DNA from: Botryllus schlosseri
Taxonomy: Eukaryota
Length of the DNA stretch: 64,000 nt
Assembly (NCBI GenBank): GCA_051294905.1
Contig: CM119371.1
Coordinates: forward strand, 9,984,001 to 10,048,000
Direction of reading: 5' to 3'
Position 1 is the stretch's first letter, and each line of letters opens with the position of its first letter. Positions 61,717-64,000 of the stretch are shown here, piece after piece. The notes under the pieces are model-generated. The model saw only the letters and a program-made list of their open reading frames with translations. It was not told the origin of the DNA and ran no database searches. The translations under genes were made by a program, and so were the position numbers.

Positions 61717-63716
61717 CAGACATGGGGTGATTACTTCATGAATGTAATCGATTGCGATTACGATTACTCCTGAATCATGCGGTTACGATTACGATTACGA
61801 TTACAGCAAAATCAGGAAGTAGTCGATTACGATTACGATTACATTGGAAAAGTAATCACGATTATACACGATTACATTTATTTTGCTTCTTAGAACTAAC
61901 CTTGGAAGATATATTGGTATACAATATAAGGATTGCAATGAAAAGGCCTAATGAGACAACAAGTTTCTTTATAAATGATGCGTCATTTGCTTGTTACGTC
62001 ATAATGTACCCATTGCCCAACTTTATAAGGGACGATTTATCGCGCCCAACGATTTGAATTCTTGCCAGGTCCGTAAATGCCGCACCCCAAACTCCCAATA
62101 TAGGGTGGGGAGCGAGCTCGAAGGGGACTCAAAAGTATTTCGTAAACCAACATTAAGTATTTTCGATAGATTTTATTAACTTGAAAATTTTATTCGAGCT
62201 TGGCGATTTAAATGTCTCTAGATAGCTTGATTCTGAAATGCATACCCCCTTTAAGAAAAAAAGCATGCATAATTTGTAGCAATAGGCATTTCGGTGCTGG
62301 TCGTTACCTCGCCACGACACACCAAAAGATATGCAGTTTCGGCCAACATTCGACTCCACGAAGTGTGATAATAAAGAAAGACCTTGGCTGAAAATTAGGG
62401 TATGTGTGCATTGTCAATAGCAGCGCTGGGTGGGCCTGGCTAATTATCCTGTCCTTCCAATCCGAGCCCACAATCCAAAATCCACATGGGGCACACACAT
62501 AGAAATAAAGACATCACAATTTGTGTGTGCGTCTCACGAAAGTTTTTCTTTTGGCCTGCTACGTTTGGGCGAACACAATATCTTTTGATTTTTAACGGAC
62601 TGAAAATCACGAATTAACAACATACAATAAAGTAATTATAACAACATACCAGATGTTATAATTATGAATTAAGTGCCCCCAGCTCTACAGGTAAATCTGA
62701 CCATCGGGCGATGTGAAAGAATTTGTAACGAATAGTAATATAATGCGATTACGAATATTATAATTGACGAAATTGAGTCTTCAACTTGAAAATTGACCAC
62801 CCTATATGGGGGATCAAGACCAACGCTTGGATTGGGGAACGAATTGCTGTTTTGGTACTGATTCTGATTCCAGCTGCAACCCACGCTAACATTGTATATA
62901 AGCGGATGGCTGCGGCGGCAGGTCCGAATGTTGAGTAAAGAATGATGAAATAACGATTGGCACCCGTTTCAAGTAGAGTCATATGAGAATAGGAAAAAAA
63001 TTCTGCCTTCAACTCAATACAGATACTGTAAGCTGTCGCTACGAGAAACGGCAAAGAACGGCTCGGTTATGATATATATAAGCAGTTGTTGATTTTGAAT
63101 TCTTCGTTGTGGAAACCGTAATGTTTTATTTGACGAGTACAAAATTTCAAATCTTTGCCCGGTGTACGTACGTACAAGGCCTACTGCTCGCCAAACAGCA
63201 ACGGTCAAACTGGGTTTAACTAAGCATAACTAAACATCGATACATAAGTTGGAAAGTAGCCAGTGTGGTGATTATTATTCTGCTGCCAGGTAGTGGCGTA
63301 TGGAGCGTATTAATAACCTGATATACAGCACGGCGGGTGTTCTTACAATCACACTAAAATGTACTGTACATTGAATATCTATTTACTATGTGTGGACACT
63401 TCTTACAAAATGAGAAGCAAAGCTGAATACTTCTGACGTAATAATGACAGTGGTGGTTGAAAATTTGACGTTTGTGCTATCACTAACCTGGTAAAATACA
63501 TCTTCCTTGTTCACGAATATTTAGTTTATGTCATAGTCCTTGAACAAATAAAAAGTAATTGTTCTTTCACAAAGAAATCGATTAGATATGGGAAGTAGTC
63601 GATTACGATTACTTTGGATTTTTTTTCGAATGTAATCGATTGCGATTACGATTACTTGAAAATGCTGTAATCGTCGTAATCGATTACGATTACTAATCGC
63701 GATTACCCCATGTGTG
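61717..63716. mobile_element. hAT-type element with (GATTAC)n subterminal repeats, inserted in the LINE
   Basis: Ends CAGACATGGGGT / ACCCCATGTGTG; perfect TSD GTGTGAAC. Confidence 0.85.
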
Positions 63717-63770
63717 GTGTGAACTAATTCTCGCAATATTGGAAGAGAGGAGGCCGAGACATACGAGCAT

Positions 63771-64000
63771 TAGGGTTGTTCAGAATTGACCGACTTTCAA
63801 AAAGTCCAGGTTTTCAGTCCGATTCCCATGCCTTATACCTTAAAAACATATGCTGGCTACTTTTTTTGTAACTCGTCCCCTGCATCCGTGTGCACATTGA
63901 GCTGGAAGAATAGCAGCTGAAAATAGGGGATTCCCCTAAAATCTGAGTGTCACGATTTTACCTAGCCTAGTTAAAGTGACATATAACATGGATTTATGCA
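63771..64000. mobile_element. Start of another TAGGGTTGTTCAGA-ended element (runs off the window)
   Basis: Same 14-bp terminus as the 48372 element. Confidence 0.5.

Overview
AT-rich eukaryotic genomic DNA with spliceosomal introns and dense transposon relics. The gene content and element families suggest a marine invertebrate, possibly an ascidian (inference). Main contents: (1) a 15-exon intelectin-like gene on + (6992-27364, about 548 aa by manual splicing) whose intelectin domain is split by a ~220-aa inserted domain; (2) a tandem C2H2 zinc-finger array on - (46123-47412) with a decayed tail, lying between two copies of a ~0.9-kb duplication; (3) a very young non-autonomous LTR retrotransposon (54867-58460) with 476-bp LTRs ending TT...AA instead of TG...CA, a tRNA-Trp primer-binding site and a 5-bp target-site duplication (TSD); (4) an ~8-kb block of decayed, intron-less ORFs with a RING remnant, internal paralogues and a repeat-rich end (36.3-44.6 kb), possibly an endogenous DNA virus or Polinton relic; (5) a probable class-A GPCR pseudogene; (6) a decayed PIF/Harbinger element, many often nested hAT/Buster MITEs with 8-bp TSDs, tRNA-derived SINEs, L2/CR1-type LINE relics and long palindromes. 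All coordinates and translations were read by hand and no database search was run.
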